Source: a virus
Taxonomy: Duplodnaviria; Caudoviricetes
Direction: 5' to 3' (one strand)
Virus record (IMG/VR): IMGVR_UViG_3300010155_000008
Location: 1-54,055 of that record
DNA: 54,055 nucleotides
In this document: positions 31,901 to 38,377 of the stretch, piece after piece
Layout of the letters: each line of letters begins with the position of its first letter
Numbering within the stretch: position 1 is the first letter of the stretch
Translations under genes and position numbers: made by a program
The notes under the pieces: model-generated
The model's input: only the letters and a program-made list of their open reading frames with translations
The model's database searches: none
Told to the model about the DNA's origin: nothing

Positions 31901-32564
31901 AATTTTTACTAACAATGAAAGATATGAGTTTGTTGATGTTAGTAAAGGACCAGGAGGTACAAGATTTTTTGCAGATGAAGTAGATAATAAAGTAATAGAA
32001 AAATTCTTTAAAGATGCACTTAAAGCAATAGAACAAGGTGAAATAGAGGCAAAAAAGAAGATGAAAAAACAAGGGTATGTAGAAAAAACATTGCCTGTTT
32101 TACTTAATTTAAAGAATCCTTTAATTCATGATTATGAAGAATCTCTTTTTACTGATAAATATAAAGGAGGTAAAAATCCTACAGAATATGTTGCAGGAAG
32201 ACAAGTTAAAAAAGCATTAAAAGAAAATAGAGATGGTGTAATATATGAAAATATAGTTGATCCTTATTTGTCTACAACTTATGGAGTGTTTGAAACAGAA
32301 AATATATATACACTTGGAGGTAAAGAAGACATGCAAGGTTTTAAAAACTTTGTATCTACTCAACAAACTATTAGTAAAAAAGGTCAATTAAATTTATTTG
32401 ATACTATAGATCCTGTATTAGAAAACTTTTATAATAATTTAAGTAAAGAACAATTAGATAATCCAAATTTACCTTCAATTACTCTTGCTCAAGAATTTTA
32501 TACTGATGCTCCACATGCATATAAAAATATAAATGAGTATATTGAATCATTAAAATGTTTATAA
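19920..32564 (+). CDS. Virion-packaged DNA-dependent RNA polymerase polyprotein (4214 aa) with zincin protease, DUF4326-like and ADP-ribosyltransferase-like modules
   Basis: Two-barrel RNAP catalytic loop GSDFDVDK (DxDxD) at 27579-27602, preceded by GPRIPT (~27462) and DGAAYL (~26196). HESFH...EEILAEDF at 22638-22793. HFGNPF (~30450) and YHGT (~31359). Size and context match crAss-like virion RNAPs such as phi14:2 gp66. Confidence 0.88.
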   Translation: MIKCALNKEELEYVYGLTKQSIQAKLNANNPFNVDSYMKYLYERIQKVSDKDRAAQFLAFTPAIIESVVLNNFIENIDQIEGYDKISILKVKWADPQTAIKNVVNTLDQTKTNLIIARLIREQAKGIIPDKNESKFDYNVVFRYKALNILSTTLPAFKPGATKFEKEVPDVQRRNINDTITAIANTISLEDTVLKHPNYQGVNIKLKAVNLSKFVDGTYSEKKLDGTTQSEIARSLDIQNPLTKGKPKAGIIQVQDRVIVLVTDEKGNPLSFDSSNNIVAEESSDSTYVYQMMRSIRKDGSGYSIRDIYNLENKVLSSSEIATIRSEESNVNYKEALQQVNSEFKEYYTLKNAALKEDLVLDFIGMTDGISIDKTTKKTPLNVLIDNKIITDKTLETIRTLTVPENGIAAGRATIVIEGDLYQLDRSRMSEDLAIQIQEVLFSEDFSIKEKTDFYEQFIPNKYITNYSKRHDIVREPVTNELFIKVYDKVQNKKYPRNLLFEISINSDGIVFENGQKVSESKKVKLKKDFKDALTNTYPDGNSIFIHYSEDHLQTPYSLDLYENGELKRTVNYYDFIKSHDPLVFIVSSETGYFNKQILFQRSTDTQLNNITEALPINKRFSQLKEDEYLGNLLLKETPDGKSVLKDEYKGKFIYSTVGLFSNEVFQDTDVVHTNDITVDLISSIQMGNGEVFRERNEDESIEAYIFAFSKAGYKTTHLDPAVTNRIKQLTESGVTVVTETSDRIKDVDLVVLGDRNNPGVESYSLKDNFFKKELEASVKYIQNLQKEPASISISPYVNKKIVIDKATSVDTDKPNDPNEDWELLRNGKLNSDKLSAADIKRADTFWTKSAFGKSLQKSISLNKAVNLVNSDAYANFVISGATLMNPDIKGTINIDNSKGSMVDLYHESFHAFTQLYLTPQQKIDLYEEVLDYTDTKGNKPYEGKSYLEIEEILAEDFRSYMKKNVAKPNSPMRNSIFRKIVQMLQKLLGKIIPNLKNVQLDIMSVPAVKELYENLNFGSDKYFNQYEASVDNAIFFELERGIKYVEKINNESYKRTALSKTDSDLISSSIDSIISDLIDARYDKEMERYPNLKGTQLESYISKIKGLSLTALLEPKHRALTYKKVLDKLKERLTVLNKEYNKSVGKVGISKINTFKLLKDNAVATLKTESGIHKYVLLKSQIDSFKDFDSYFKRGTRVKGEEWKGIKIVGDYFTHSIIKDNSREKKPEVPAQIIIVSRIEDAKVQYDNYVKGKAKEYTGIKLNAKAVDSDLTYDQENLLDNIRILENAIDQFGDPNYIINDIKPTGVIAYHLLHSDFEINKIKYFAEEEVPQENSETPFEEDFQKSLYDLAEKEVIYILKSLHKIENGKTKNNKLGFKERADFRKVWNTLFKVIGGVQSRQEMFDIIKEEAKNFPELEQLWKFKLPSPRNIQSTYAMDISSSFWHTFSKPSVKAWQLTTNISEVYIAGDLMDTSYDFIVNESTIELNKILSTFENRFKISKNKYMLRFKDQPAVLDLPRFHNDFIDSSSKVVDKLGFLRVLGFQLDNTKQLEKALTTKQASADINNLVLLIKDLYNITTKPINERSVKEKKLLKRFVTNPIGTLRNNDFMKNFISELPSFKNIETLRNDSIVRNLGKIQANFGFDTPGDTIVLPDGNNAYTVANHSAVTSIVLGINALDDLEEAYVLNEHLSYLNPYEDNGGMPYNPLALRNKVLNTMFPNGTKRDFTKEMEFVLLTGTELRTTTIYEDLYNSKAVAESSGINTGDLTPIDKLFQEYNMLLSKGVGEFIRHSEKKSAFGIKLDKRKEFNGIKTGTNKNLWIDIDLFKSQEGDGIALEAFILDYIASEFDRIQYFEQNEGVLETTTGYNRTLSNGRKAGLSFVAMDSLISEPIKEFLYKEAKKPNVTDIIDVLKNSKHYQFLRDDVLEYFEQKTLFIKNSLGSNLRLNPEFAKYDVDTLAKAYTYNDFINKLEMSNLINGDVAQFENLTKRSPGSSSNGDGFLSDINAQKFINGIFQGKNVTTYANTLGIEDFNFDGTLNTGVIKDPKRKSIYLKEMQEAWTENYLKAGLTKSETSSRVTRDSKAYKKMLEADGAAYLTIDAYRVLRKLGNKWSLEQENLYKDIVAGNDVSVEKVYKFFPVYKLHNYGPLMNSKIATTSMFKFAVAPIIPSIAKPGTELYKLHTKMLKSGIQMVTFKSGSKVASLTSKSNTEADDIFEKLDDLEKLNRTDKYVEEDDKKAPIKNNKIHLKYLKDVTSVADKLHKTITVGTQSRVVVESQLYSMGDLINPKNKKISIQYKKAVKNLTDVLETELLDEIGFTINEKGTYIPYSKGSLEKLTRMIRTELDSKGSPVQLQNIIDVSVNGSLKIDFSIHPEAQVVEQILVNRISKSISAQKTKGESDVQVPNTFYNGVWNSELEQDLAIIKNELEIQKYLGTNNLPFYRRGEIINKETGERASTHLAKVAIPLNGDFVNLLNLEDPDNPGNIIGTRKRLNELLKDTDWMKEHGQKVTITGPRIPTDDTNLIEGFEVWHFIDASAGSTAVVPTEIVAKAGSDFDVDKLFFSFPNINEDGSLPKTVLNFDSQIKKLRKEKKSIKKLINQQKRFNQNELIRTGVEILKLPETYSALTKPANTYLFKDQAKLESKSDIKGHSSLTENPTKFFETEYNNLQHELLLGGNIPVSIFAKYNKQHILYKSIGAKMPKKYFDNDYLIREMKMRFPHNLTPEGNISISSITNVDNVNIGEIFSHGLQGVLDRGNDSFPVRAGISKESLPVVLRMIESGVSLPQVIKFVQQPLIEDYLKKLAESKGILSQLKDANINKRRIVDQLLVQYIDSNAISFYNKKSFEDAKEAMKRNPNKMVSITAGDDINSVEVLSKDFNKFIKENNIESNQIKWIQFDNDLSPIFAKYSFKNPNLLYKTYHLGEYFWNKTYAQNIPTGEELRTPQADLEQVALLFEFLNVERQSQGMENFEMNFNPDTGLLLNIEGVVERKNFIKSLYADSRIDKETLDNYLNDSIVSSMYKTKIFIDIVGPQFALRLNKGLSEMLGITYFNNRHNINLRYEGNRIEAREKYANAFNNGVIDYIYQNILSNYVDNKTGLPVTLPEEIRKRKVNKKKLLGDSVVVFNNKTVNIDLDQIKTDYKKGLFFTGNDVSGKDTFDNSPFPTEESYIRYIIEREYFREVYKEHKDKSGFEERISKRALATSFNVGYIKGDAGFGSIKYSYTKDIMEFIEDPSNKTIVQNFPVLQHLKPSFYMASKGYQLLELDNKTLIDNDIALDYSKQLKQLGDPIMRIVSDNPIKDAMISDLFKNFSLMAIYQQGTGKSGLNFIKALNPNTFVDVLKIPTIQFQKSVFKDLSKMPLSDFKKEMSKRNTLFNFIADSILDTSTYKQLLTSPGNFLGSIEAVKLKDLNKLSNLTDEELYRRYKDAIVNKVFDNAMSDNNQGTAILNEIEIELLRRNLPLIPTQSTSKVKPTINLSKEWKGDLESRPVYTAEGVNTMRTSDAKSEEHFGNPFSEAGYGDTVKVNSIGAAVEAYKAWLNEDNLATTKDFGLDPKEFLKKIILSAGGKPTRKGMFAIDGQYYYIPDISIMSKPYGYDAFINIGNDEIYLGSSKKGYTDFVSNDEYPLADLNYEQREWILDQINQGKLDGAILLYAGKLAARGEGMHPTALAEVVEELRLNPNTKVKVVNEVYDKIDEDSYSISLNYKGRDYNMVISRDGEIVDPSYYNPETLMDVDVKSNIFKFTKEDIKNIFLEIEQPPQPPGKVKEGVSEVFEIKPELANIGTQEQYSEWINYLLTKGKLKGTTVKDILYHGTYEDFEEFSKEKRGNITGLGSFKDKKTGEEVDSDTTHAFFFTDNKINAISYSFKGREGRIRKVKDALGDILMGEGKNEAVKFIKSIPYYNKLIEAAKNKGKSQEEIKDLLRKELKKVNIVWNKGSAQSFGNSLHNHVAAKNEFESFLKNISRFKNNDLSIKNRFGDFNTYNASYDNYKIFTNNERYEFVDVSKGPGGTRFFADEVDNKVIEKFFKDALKAIEQGEIEAKKKMKKQGYVEKTLPVLLNLKNPLIHDYEESLFTDKYKGGKNPTEYVAGRQVKKALKENRDGVIYENIVDPYLSTTYGVFETENIYTLGGKEDMQGFKNFVSTQQTISKKGQLNLFDTIDPVLENFYNNLSKEQLDNPNLPSITLAQEFYTDAPHAYKNINEYIESLKCL

Positions 32565-32565
32565 G

Positions 32566-33435
32566 ATGGCTTGTATAAATAAATCAAATTCAAAATATAA
32601 AGATCTTCAAGAAAGATATGGAGATTTTTTAGCTGAATCTTTTGTTAGAGGTAACATATTAAATAAAAAGTTAGAGGTATCTGAAGATTTTTATATACCT
32701 ACACAAGGAGAGGTTACTAAATATTTTAGAAGTATTAGAAAACCTTTAAAAATAAAAGAACTTGAAGATGCTTTAAGACTTAATCCTGCTTTAGATATAG
32801 CTGCTATACGTACAATATTACAAGGAATTATAACAAAACATAAAGATACCTTTTATGTTATTCAAGGTTCTAATAATAGAGGTCCTATTGAACAACAACT
32901 AACTCTTAAAGAGATATATATTCCTAATTTAAATATACTTGAAACACTGTCTGAAAAATATCCTGATATATTTGAATTAAATACAGATAAACCTAATGTA
33001 ACAAGAGTAACAATAACTCCTGCAACAAACGTAGAATATATACCTGAAATACAATCAAGTTTAAATGCTTATACTAATTTATTAAATGAAAATGAAGGTA
33101 TTCAACCTGATCAATTTATTGTAGAAGATCATTTATGGCAAAGAACCGGAAATCATTTATATGCTTTAATTGATACTCAAACAGGAGATCCATTTTTAAG
33201 AAATATGAGTATGCTTTCTGGTGCAGAAGTAGTACCACAATCAACACCTCTAGATAAAGAAAGTGCTGATGCAGAAATAATGGATATCAGAACTAATTTT
33301 GATACAGAATATTGGCAAATTGATTTTGGCTTAAGAGGATATAACTTAGAACAAATTATTAATAATCTAGAAGCTGCAGAAACTCAACAAGAATTTGATG
33401 AGCAATTAGCAACTTTTAAAAAAATTACATGTTAA
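32566..33435 (+). CDS. Hypothetical protein (289 aa), putative cargo linker with terminal cysteines
   Basis: ORF coupled to both neighbours (1-nt gap and 0-nt gap). Begins MAC and ends ITC. Confidence 0.7.
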   Translation: MACINKSNSKYKDLQERYGDFLAESFVRGNILNKKLEVSEDFYIPTQGEVTKYFRSIRKPLKIKELEDALRLNPALDIAAIRTILQGIITKHKDTFYVIQGSNNRGPIEQQLTLKEIYIPNLNILETLSEKYPDIFELNTDKPNVTRVTITPATNVEYIPEIQSSLNAYTNLLNENEGIQPDQFIVEDHLWQRTGNHLYALIDTQTGDPFLRNMSMLSGAEVVPQSTPLDKESADAEIMDIRTNFDTEYWQIDFGLRGYNLEQIINNLEAAETQQEFDEQLATFKKITC

Positions 33436-36400
33436 ATGGCAACTTGTCCTAATAAAAATAGTAGAGAATGGAAAGAAGTTCTTGCTGCAGCACAGAATAA
33501 TGAAAAACTTGCAATGGAATTGTGGGTTAAAAGAGGTTATGTAGATAGAGTAAGTTTAAATCAAGAAGATACTTCAGGTTTGTCTCAAGAAGAAATTAAA
33601 AATCTAGAAAAAGATCAACAAGAAAAAGAAGAGGAAAAGACAGATTTACAAATATTAGTAGAAAGATCTAAAGTTCATTTAAGAAGACGAATTAAATATT
33701 TAACTAGTGTAATAGTTAAAGATAGACGTGTTCAGTCTGGAGAACTTAAAAAAGTTATTGATAATATGGAAGCTGTTGATGAAATAGAATCAATCAATGA
33801 GTTTATTATGGAAGCTTATGCAAAATCAGAAAGTTTGATGGTTAATATGGAACAAATTGTTGAAGATATAAAAGATAATCCTAAAGATAATTCTTTAATT
33901 GAAAGACTTCTTGAAATAAATATTGCAGTTAATGGTTCAGAAGATATATTAAGTGAAATTGCTGATAATAAGGATATAGTAGATTTTTTTAATAAGGAAT
34001 CAGAAAAAAGAACAAAAGATGGTGAGACAGAAGATTCTGAAGAACCTACAGAGTCAATAAAAGAAATGTTATATAAAGCTCTTGCTAATAGGAAAATATT
34101 AAAAAGAAGAATAAATGTTGAAGCAATTCCTTTAATTGCAGATTGGCTTTTAAGTGCACGATCTTCCTATGCAACAAATGCAAAAAGAAGTTATAATAAT
34201 ATTAAAAAAGATATTGAAAAGCAGAATAAAGCTTTTGCAGATGGTAAGATGTCTAAAAATAGACTTGATAGAATATTAAAAAGACTTGATAATAATTTAA
34301 ATGCTGCTGCAACAGCTGCTATAACAAGAGAAGATTTAATAAAAACATTAAGAGAGGCATCACGAGAAGATGGCAGGTTGGATTTTTTAATAGGACCAAT
34401 GATTAGTTCTCCTGATACTGTTATTGCACTTGTTGCAAAAGCTATTAAAGATCAATTAGAAAAAGCAAGACTTAAAGATGTAGTTGCTAAAGAAATAATA
34501 GGTGAATCATTTGATACGTATAAAGGTTTTGTTAGTGCTTCTAGAGATAATCCTCAAAAATTTAATGAAGGGATTTATGAAATAATTGATGAAAGAACAA
34601 ATGAGAAAGATGAAAATGGAAACTATATTTATAGAGAAGAGCTTCACTTTGTCAGCAAGTTTGATATGAAAAAATTTAAATCAGTTGAAAGAAATTGGTA
34701 TAAAAATAATCCAGAGCCTTTAAGTAAAAAGAAAAAAGCTTCTCCATTAACAACTAAAGAAGCAAGAGCTTATTCTTCATGGTTTGTTAAAAGAAATAAT
34801 TTTTATAAAACTATTACAAAATCTAAATCTGAAAAAGATATTAATAAGCTTGATTCTCAAATGATAAGACAAGTAGAAAATGGAATTATCACACAAGAAG
34901 AATTTGATGAATGGTCAAGAAGTAATGAAAGAAAAAAACAACTATCAGAACCAACAAATGAATTTTTAAGTGATAAGTGGAAAGCAATGTATAATGAAAA
35001 AGATGAGCCTATAAATCCTATGGGAGAATATCATCAGCAACTTACAGGTACATATTATGCTGCTCAAGAAAATATTCCTGATTCACAACGTCCTGGAACT
35101 AGAGTACCTTCTGTTCCTAAAAAAGATTTAGAAAGACTATTAGATAAGGGTGTAATAAATTTAGCTACAACTAATGTTAAAGAAGCACTAAAAGTACAAA
35201 GCTATGATACTGAATTTGGAGAATTAGGTTTAGATGATGAAGGTGTTCAAATATTACCTGTATTTTATACTCGCTTTATAGATATTGCTGATCAAAGTTT
35301 TGATCTTGCTAGTACTGTTTTAATATTTAATCAAATGGCTAATAAATATCAAGCCTTAAATGAAGTAAATGGACAAATATCTCTTGTTAAATCTATAATG
35401 AAAAATAGAAAAGTTCCTGAATTTAATCAAGGTGGTAAAAGGAAAATAGATGCTTTTGCTAATAAATTTGGACTTACTGAATATTTAAAACAAAATGGAG
35501 AAAGTTTTTCTAAACAACATTTAGATGCTTTTCTTGATATGGTTGTATATGGAGAAATGCAAAAAGTAGAAATGTTAGGTAATATATCAGCCTCAAAATT
35601 AACTAATACTATTACAAGTTTTTCAGCATTAACTTCTATTGCAGCAGATTTACTTAAAGGTGTCGCAAATAATTTACAAGGTAATATACAATTAATTATT
35701 GAAGCTAAAGGAGCTGAATTTTTTAATGGTAAAAATTTAAGAAAAGGAAAAGCTTTATATGCTAAAGGTCTTCCGGGAATGCTTTCAGATTTTGGTAAAC
35801 CAACTCCTATTAGTTTTATGGGAAGACTTAATGAATTATATGATCCTATACAGGGTGACTTTCAAGATAATTATGGAAGATTAATAACTGCTAGTGTTGC
35901 TAATAAATTATTTAGAACAAATACATTATTTTTTAATCAGTACTTTGGAGAACATGAACTTCAAACATCTACTATGTTAGCATTAATGGATGCTACTATG
36001 GTAAGAGATAAAGAAACCAAAGAAGAAATAACTTTATTTCAAGCTCATGAAAAGTATGGTGTAAGAGAAGCATTTGATAAAATTGAATGGATTGATGAAG
36101 ATGAAAAAGGCAATAAAAAATACAAAAATTTTACAGAAAAAGATAGAAGAAGTTTTCAAGATAGATTACATGCTTTAAATAAAAAAATGCATGGTGTATA
36201 CAATAGCTTTGATAAGGGTACTATTCAAAGACAGTCTGTTGGTAGATTAGCTTTAATGTATAGGAAACATATGTATCCAGGATTTATGAGAAGATTTCAA
36301 AGAGTAAGATTTGATGAAGAACTTGGTTCAGAAGTAGAAGGATATTATAGAACTTTTTGGCAGGTATTTGTTAGAGATCTTATTACTTATAAAAGAGATA

Positions 36401-36855
36401 TTGGTAAACAATGGTCTACATATACACCACATCAAAAAGCTAATATAAGACGAAATTTAACAGAGATATCTATTATATTAAGTTTAATGACAGTTATTAT
36501 ATTGTTAAGTTTAATGACAGATGATGATGAGGAAATGAAAGATAATTATGCATATAATTTTATATTATATGAGGCAATAAGAATGAAAACTGAAACTTCT
36601 CAATACATTAGTTTTAAAGATGCATGGAGAACTGTAAAATCTCCTTCTGCAGCTTTATCTACATTAAGTAGATTAATAAAATTTACAGGTCAAATAATGC
36701 CTTGGAATATTACAGAACCTTATGCAAGAAAACAAGGTATTTGGGATAAAGGAGATAATAAAGCATGGGCTTATTTTATTAGATTAATAGGACTTCCTGG
36801 TTATAATATTAAACCAAGAGAAGCAGTAAAAGTTTATCAAAGTATAGGTTTTTAA
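33436..36855 (+). CDS. Large putative ejected/cargo protein (1139 aa) with a C-terminal transmembrane-like segment
   Basis: Coiled-coil-like ORF with hydrophobic ISIILSLMTVIILLSLM at ~36466-36516. Last large gene of the virion block. Confidence 0.65.
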   Translation: MATCPNKNSREWKEVLAAAQNNEKLAMELWVKRGYVDRVSLNQEDTSGLSQEEIKNLEKDQQEKEEEKTDLQILVERSKVHLRRRIKYLTSVIVKDRRVQSGELKKVIDNMEAVDEIESINEFIMEAYAKSESLMVNMEQIVEDIKDNPKDNSLIERLLEINIAVNGSEDILSEIADNKDIVDFFNKESEKRTKDGETEDSEEPTESIKEMLYKALANRKILKRRINVEAIPLIADWLLSARSSYATNAKRSYNNIKKDIEKQNKAFADGKMSKNRLDRILKRLDNNLNAAATAAITREDLIKTLREASREDGRLDFLIGPMISSPDTVIALVAKAIKDQLEKARLKDVVAKEIIGESFDTYKGFVSASRDNPQKFNEGIYEIIDERTNEKDENGNYIYREELHFVSKFDMKKFKSVERNWYKNNPEPLSKKKKASPLTTKEARAYSSWFVKRNNFYKTITKSKSEKDINKLDSQMIRQVENGIITQEEFDEWSRSNERKKQLSEPTNEFLSDKWKAMYNEKDEPINPMGEYHQQLTGTYYAAQENIPDSQRPGTRVPSVPKKDLERLLDKGVINLATTNVKEALKVQSYDTEFGELGLDDEGVQILPVFYTRFIDIADQSFDLASTVLIFNQMANKYQALNEVNGQISLVKSIMKNRKVPEFNQGGKRKIDAFANKFGLTEYLKQNGESFSKQHLDAFLDMVVYGEMQKVEMLGNISASKLTNTITSFSALTSIAADLLKGVANNLQGNIQLIIEAKGAEFFNGKNLRKGKALYAKGLPGMLSDFGKPTPISFMGRLNELYDPIQGDFQDNYGRLITASVANKLFRTNTLFFNQYFGEHELQTSTMLALMDATMVRDKETKEEITLFQAHEKYGVREAFDKIEWIDEDEKGNKKYKNFTEKDRRSFQDRLHALNKKMHGVYNSFDKGTIQRQSVGRLALMYRKHMYPGFMRRFQRVRFDEELGSEVEGYYRTFWQVFVRDLITYKRDIGKQWSTYTPHQKANIRRNLTEISIILSLMTVIILLSLMTDDDEEMKDNYAYNFILYEAIRMKTETSQYISFKDAWRTVKSPSAALSTLSRLIKFTGQIMPWNITEPYARKQGIWDKGDNKAWAYFIRLIGLPGYNIKPREAVKVYQSIGF

Positions 36856-36856
36856 T

Positions 36857-37006
36857 ATGTGGCAATTAGAAGTAAATTTACATTGGCCTCATAATAGGTT
36901 TGCATTAGGATGGGAATATATAGAACCTATAAAAACAGAGAACTTTTCTACATATACGCTTTATTTATTTATTATGACTGTACAATTTCATGTGTTTCAT
37001 GATTAA
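36857..37006 (+). CDS. Small hypothetical protein (49 aa), below the ORF-track cutoff
   Basis: ATG 1 nt after the previous stop. Translates MWQLEVNLHWPHNRFALGWEYIEPIKTENFSTYTLYLFIMTVQFHVFHD* and fills the gap up to the terminator. Confidence 0.7.
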   Translation: MWQLEVNLHWPHNRFALGWEYIEPIKTENFSTYTLYLFIMTVQFHVFHD

Positions 37007-37040
37007 AAAAAAAAGGGACAGCCTAAGCTATCCCTTTAAT
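37005..37040 (-). terminator. Rho-independent terminator at the convergence of the two gene blocks (possibly bidirectional)
   Basis: The - strand reads AAAGGGATAGC-TTAG-GCTGTCCCT followed by a long T run. The + strand has a weaker TTTAATTATTT tail. Confidence 0.85.
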
Positions 37041-37043
37041 TAT

Positions 37044-38375
37044 TTAATTGAAATCAAAATCAACATCATCTGAGTTAACATCTTCATTATCTTCTACAAT
37101 TGGTGTAAAATCTAAATCAAAGTTTGGTTCCCCTTTAAGAGCATCATCTATATTCTCATCACTAACTGAATTATCAGCGGCTGCTTCTTGAGCCATTTGT
37201 TGATCAACAGCTTCTTGGCCTTTAATTAATTCTGATGCTTCTTCATCAGTAACCTCTGGACATGAATTCATATCATCAGAACCTAATGGCAAATCATAAT
37301 GATCAGACACTTCTTCTACTGATTCAGGAGCTTCACCACATACTTCAGCCACTGCAGCTTCATCTTCAGCTATTTGTTCTTCAATTGTGATCTCAGGAGT
37401 AAATTCACCGATCACCTCTTCTGGGTCATTATTAACTCCATATAACTGATCTGCAACTTCATCTTCTGTAGCTTCAGTAACAGTTACATCTTCTTCAGCT
37501 TCAGATTCTTCACCTTTATGGTCAAGACCTTCTTCAATTCTAGTTTGCTGATCCCATTCCTCTTGTTGTTCAGGTGATATTTTTACATTCTCAGCCTCAA
37601 CTTCAGCAATTGCATCTTCTAAGTCTACTTGATTAGGATCAACTTCTATAACTTCTACTGCATTAAATTTAAAAGCATCAGAAATAAACCAATGAAGAAT
37701 TCTTTGATCCTCCATCCAAGTCTTAGGATGTGATTGTTGTAGAGCTAAAGTAACATGATTATAAAATGCCCATAAACTGTCAGCATTTTCATAAGTAAAA
37801 CTAGGTCTAGACATTTGTTGTCTAATTATACTAGCTTGCTCAGTAGTAAGAATCTCATGTTCAGCAAATAAGATACCAAGCAATTGAGCTTGTTGTCTTT
37901 TTGTGATATTAATTTCTTTCATGTTATTTTTATCATTTACTAATTGCTTATAATACATATGAGCATTAGCAATTTGGTCTTTTATGGTTTCTTCAGTTTC
38001 TGTATCTGCAGAACCTGTGTGCTTACGAGCCCAAGAGCCCATGTCTCCACAAACCATACTACTACTAGTTTGATTTATGTAAGCTCCAATACCACATTTG
38101 AACCTCATTTGTTTATTATAACTGTTTGACCAGGCAAACATCATGGATAACTCAGAGTCATCCATATAAGTTAATCTATATACAGCTTGTGCTATGTTTC
38201 CGTCTCTTGTACATCTATAGTATTCATCATTCACTTGAAATCCTGCATCTACTAAAGATTGAATTGATAGGTCCATAACTGACTTATGACTGATTACAGT
38301 ATAAGTACTTCCATGACTTGGTAAAGCAACATCTACAAGATGCTGCTTTGTGCATTCTTTTATTTTTGTTGGCAT
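37044..38375 (-). CDS. DUF932/DUF945-like protein with a long acidic C-terminal tail
   Basis: N-terminal ~250 aa with YTVISH, NSYNK, CGD..RKHTG and SLWAFYNHVT motifs typical of DUF932-like phage proteins. The C-terminal ~190 aa is very Asp/Glu-rich. Confidence 0.65.
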   Translation of the reverse strand: MPTKIKECTKQHLVDVALPSHGSTYTVISHKSVMDLSIQSLVDAGFQVNDEYYRCTRDGNIAQAVYRLTYMDDSELSMMFAWSNSYNKQMRFKCGIGAYINQTSSSMVCGDMGSWARKHTGSADTETEETIKDQIANAHMYYKQLVNDKNNMKEINITKRQQAQLLGILFAEHEILTTEQASIIRQQMSRPSFTYENADSLWAFYNHVTLALQQSHPKTWMEDQRILHWFISDAFKFNAVEVIEVDPNQVDLEDAIAEVEAENVKISPEQQEEWDQQTRIEEGLDHKGEESEAEEDVTVTEATEDEVADQLYGVNNDPEEVIGEFTPEITIEEQIAEDEAAVAEVCGEAPESVEEVSDHYDLPLGSDDMNSCPEVTDEEASELIKGQEAVDQQMAQEAAADNSVSDENIDDALKGEPNFDLDFTPIVEDNEDVNSDDVDFDFN

Positions 38376-38377
38376 AA

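Noticed and set aside
988-32072. Many short alternative-frame and antisense ORFs (60-116 aa) inside the large + strand genes
   Set aside because: They are fully nested in long coding genes and have Phe/Ile/Ser-rich shadow composition with no motifs.
19900-33450. Split inteins or programmed readthrough/frameshift as the explanation for the terminal Cys and gene junctions
   Set aside because: No intein block motifs (such as a C-terminal HN followed by C/S/T) were seen. The three junctions have three different frame offsets (-1, +1, 0), each with its own ATG, which fits translational coupling.
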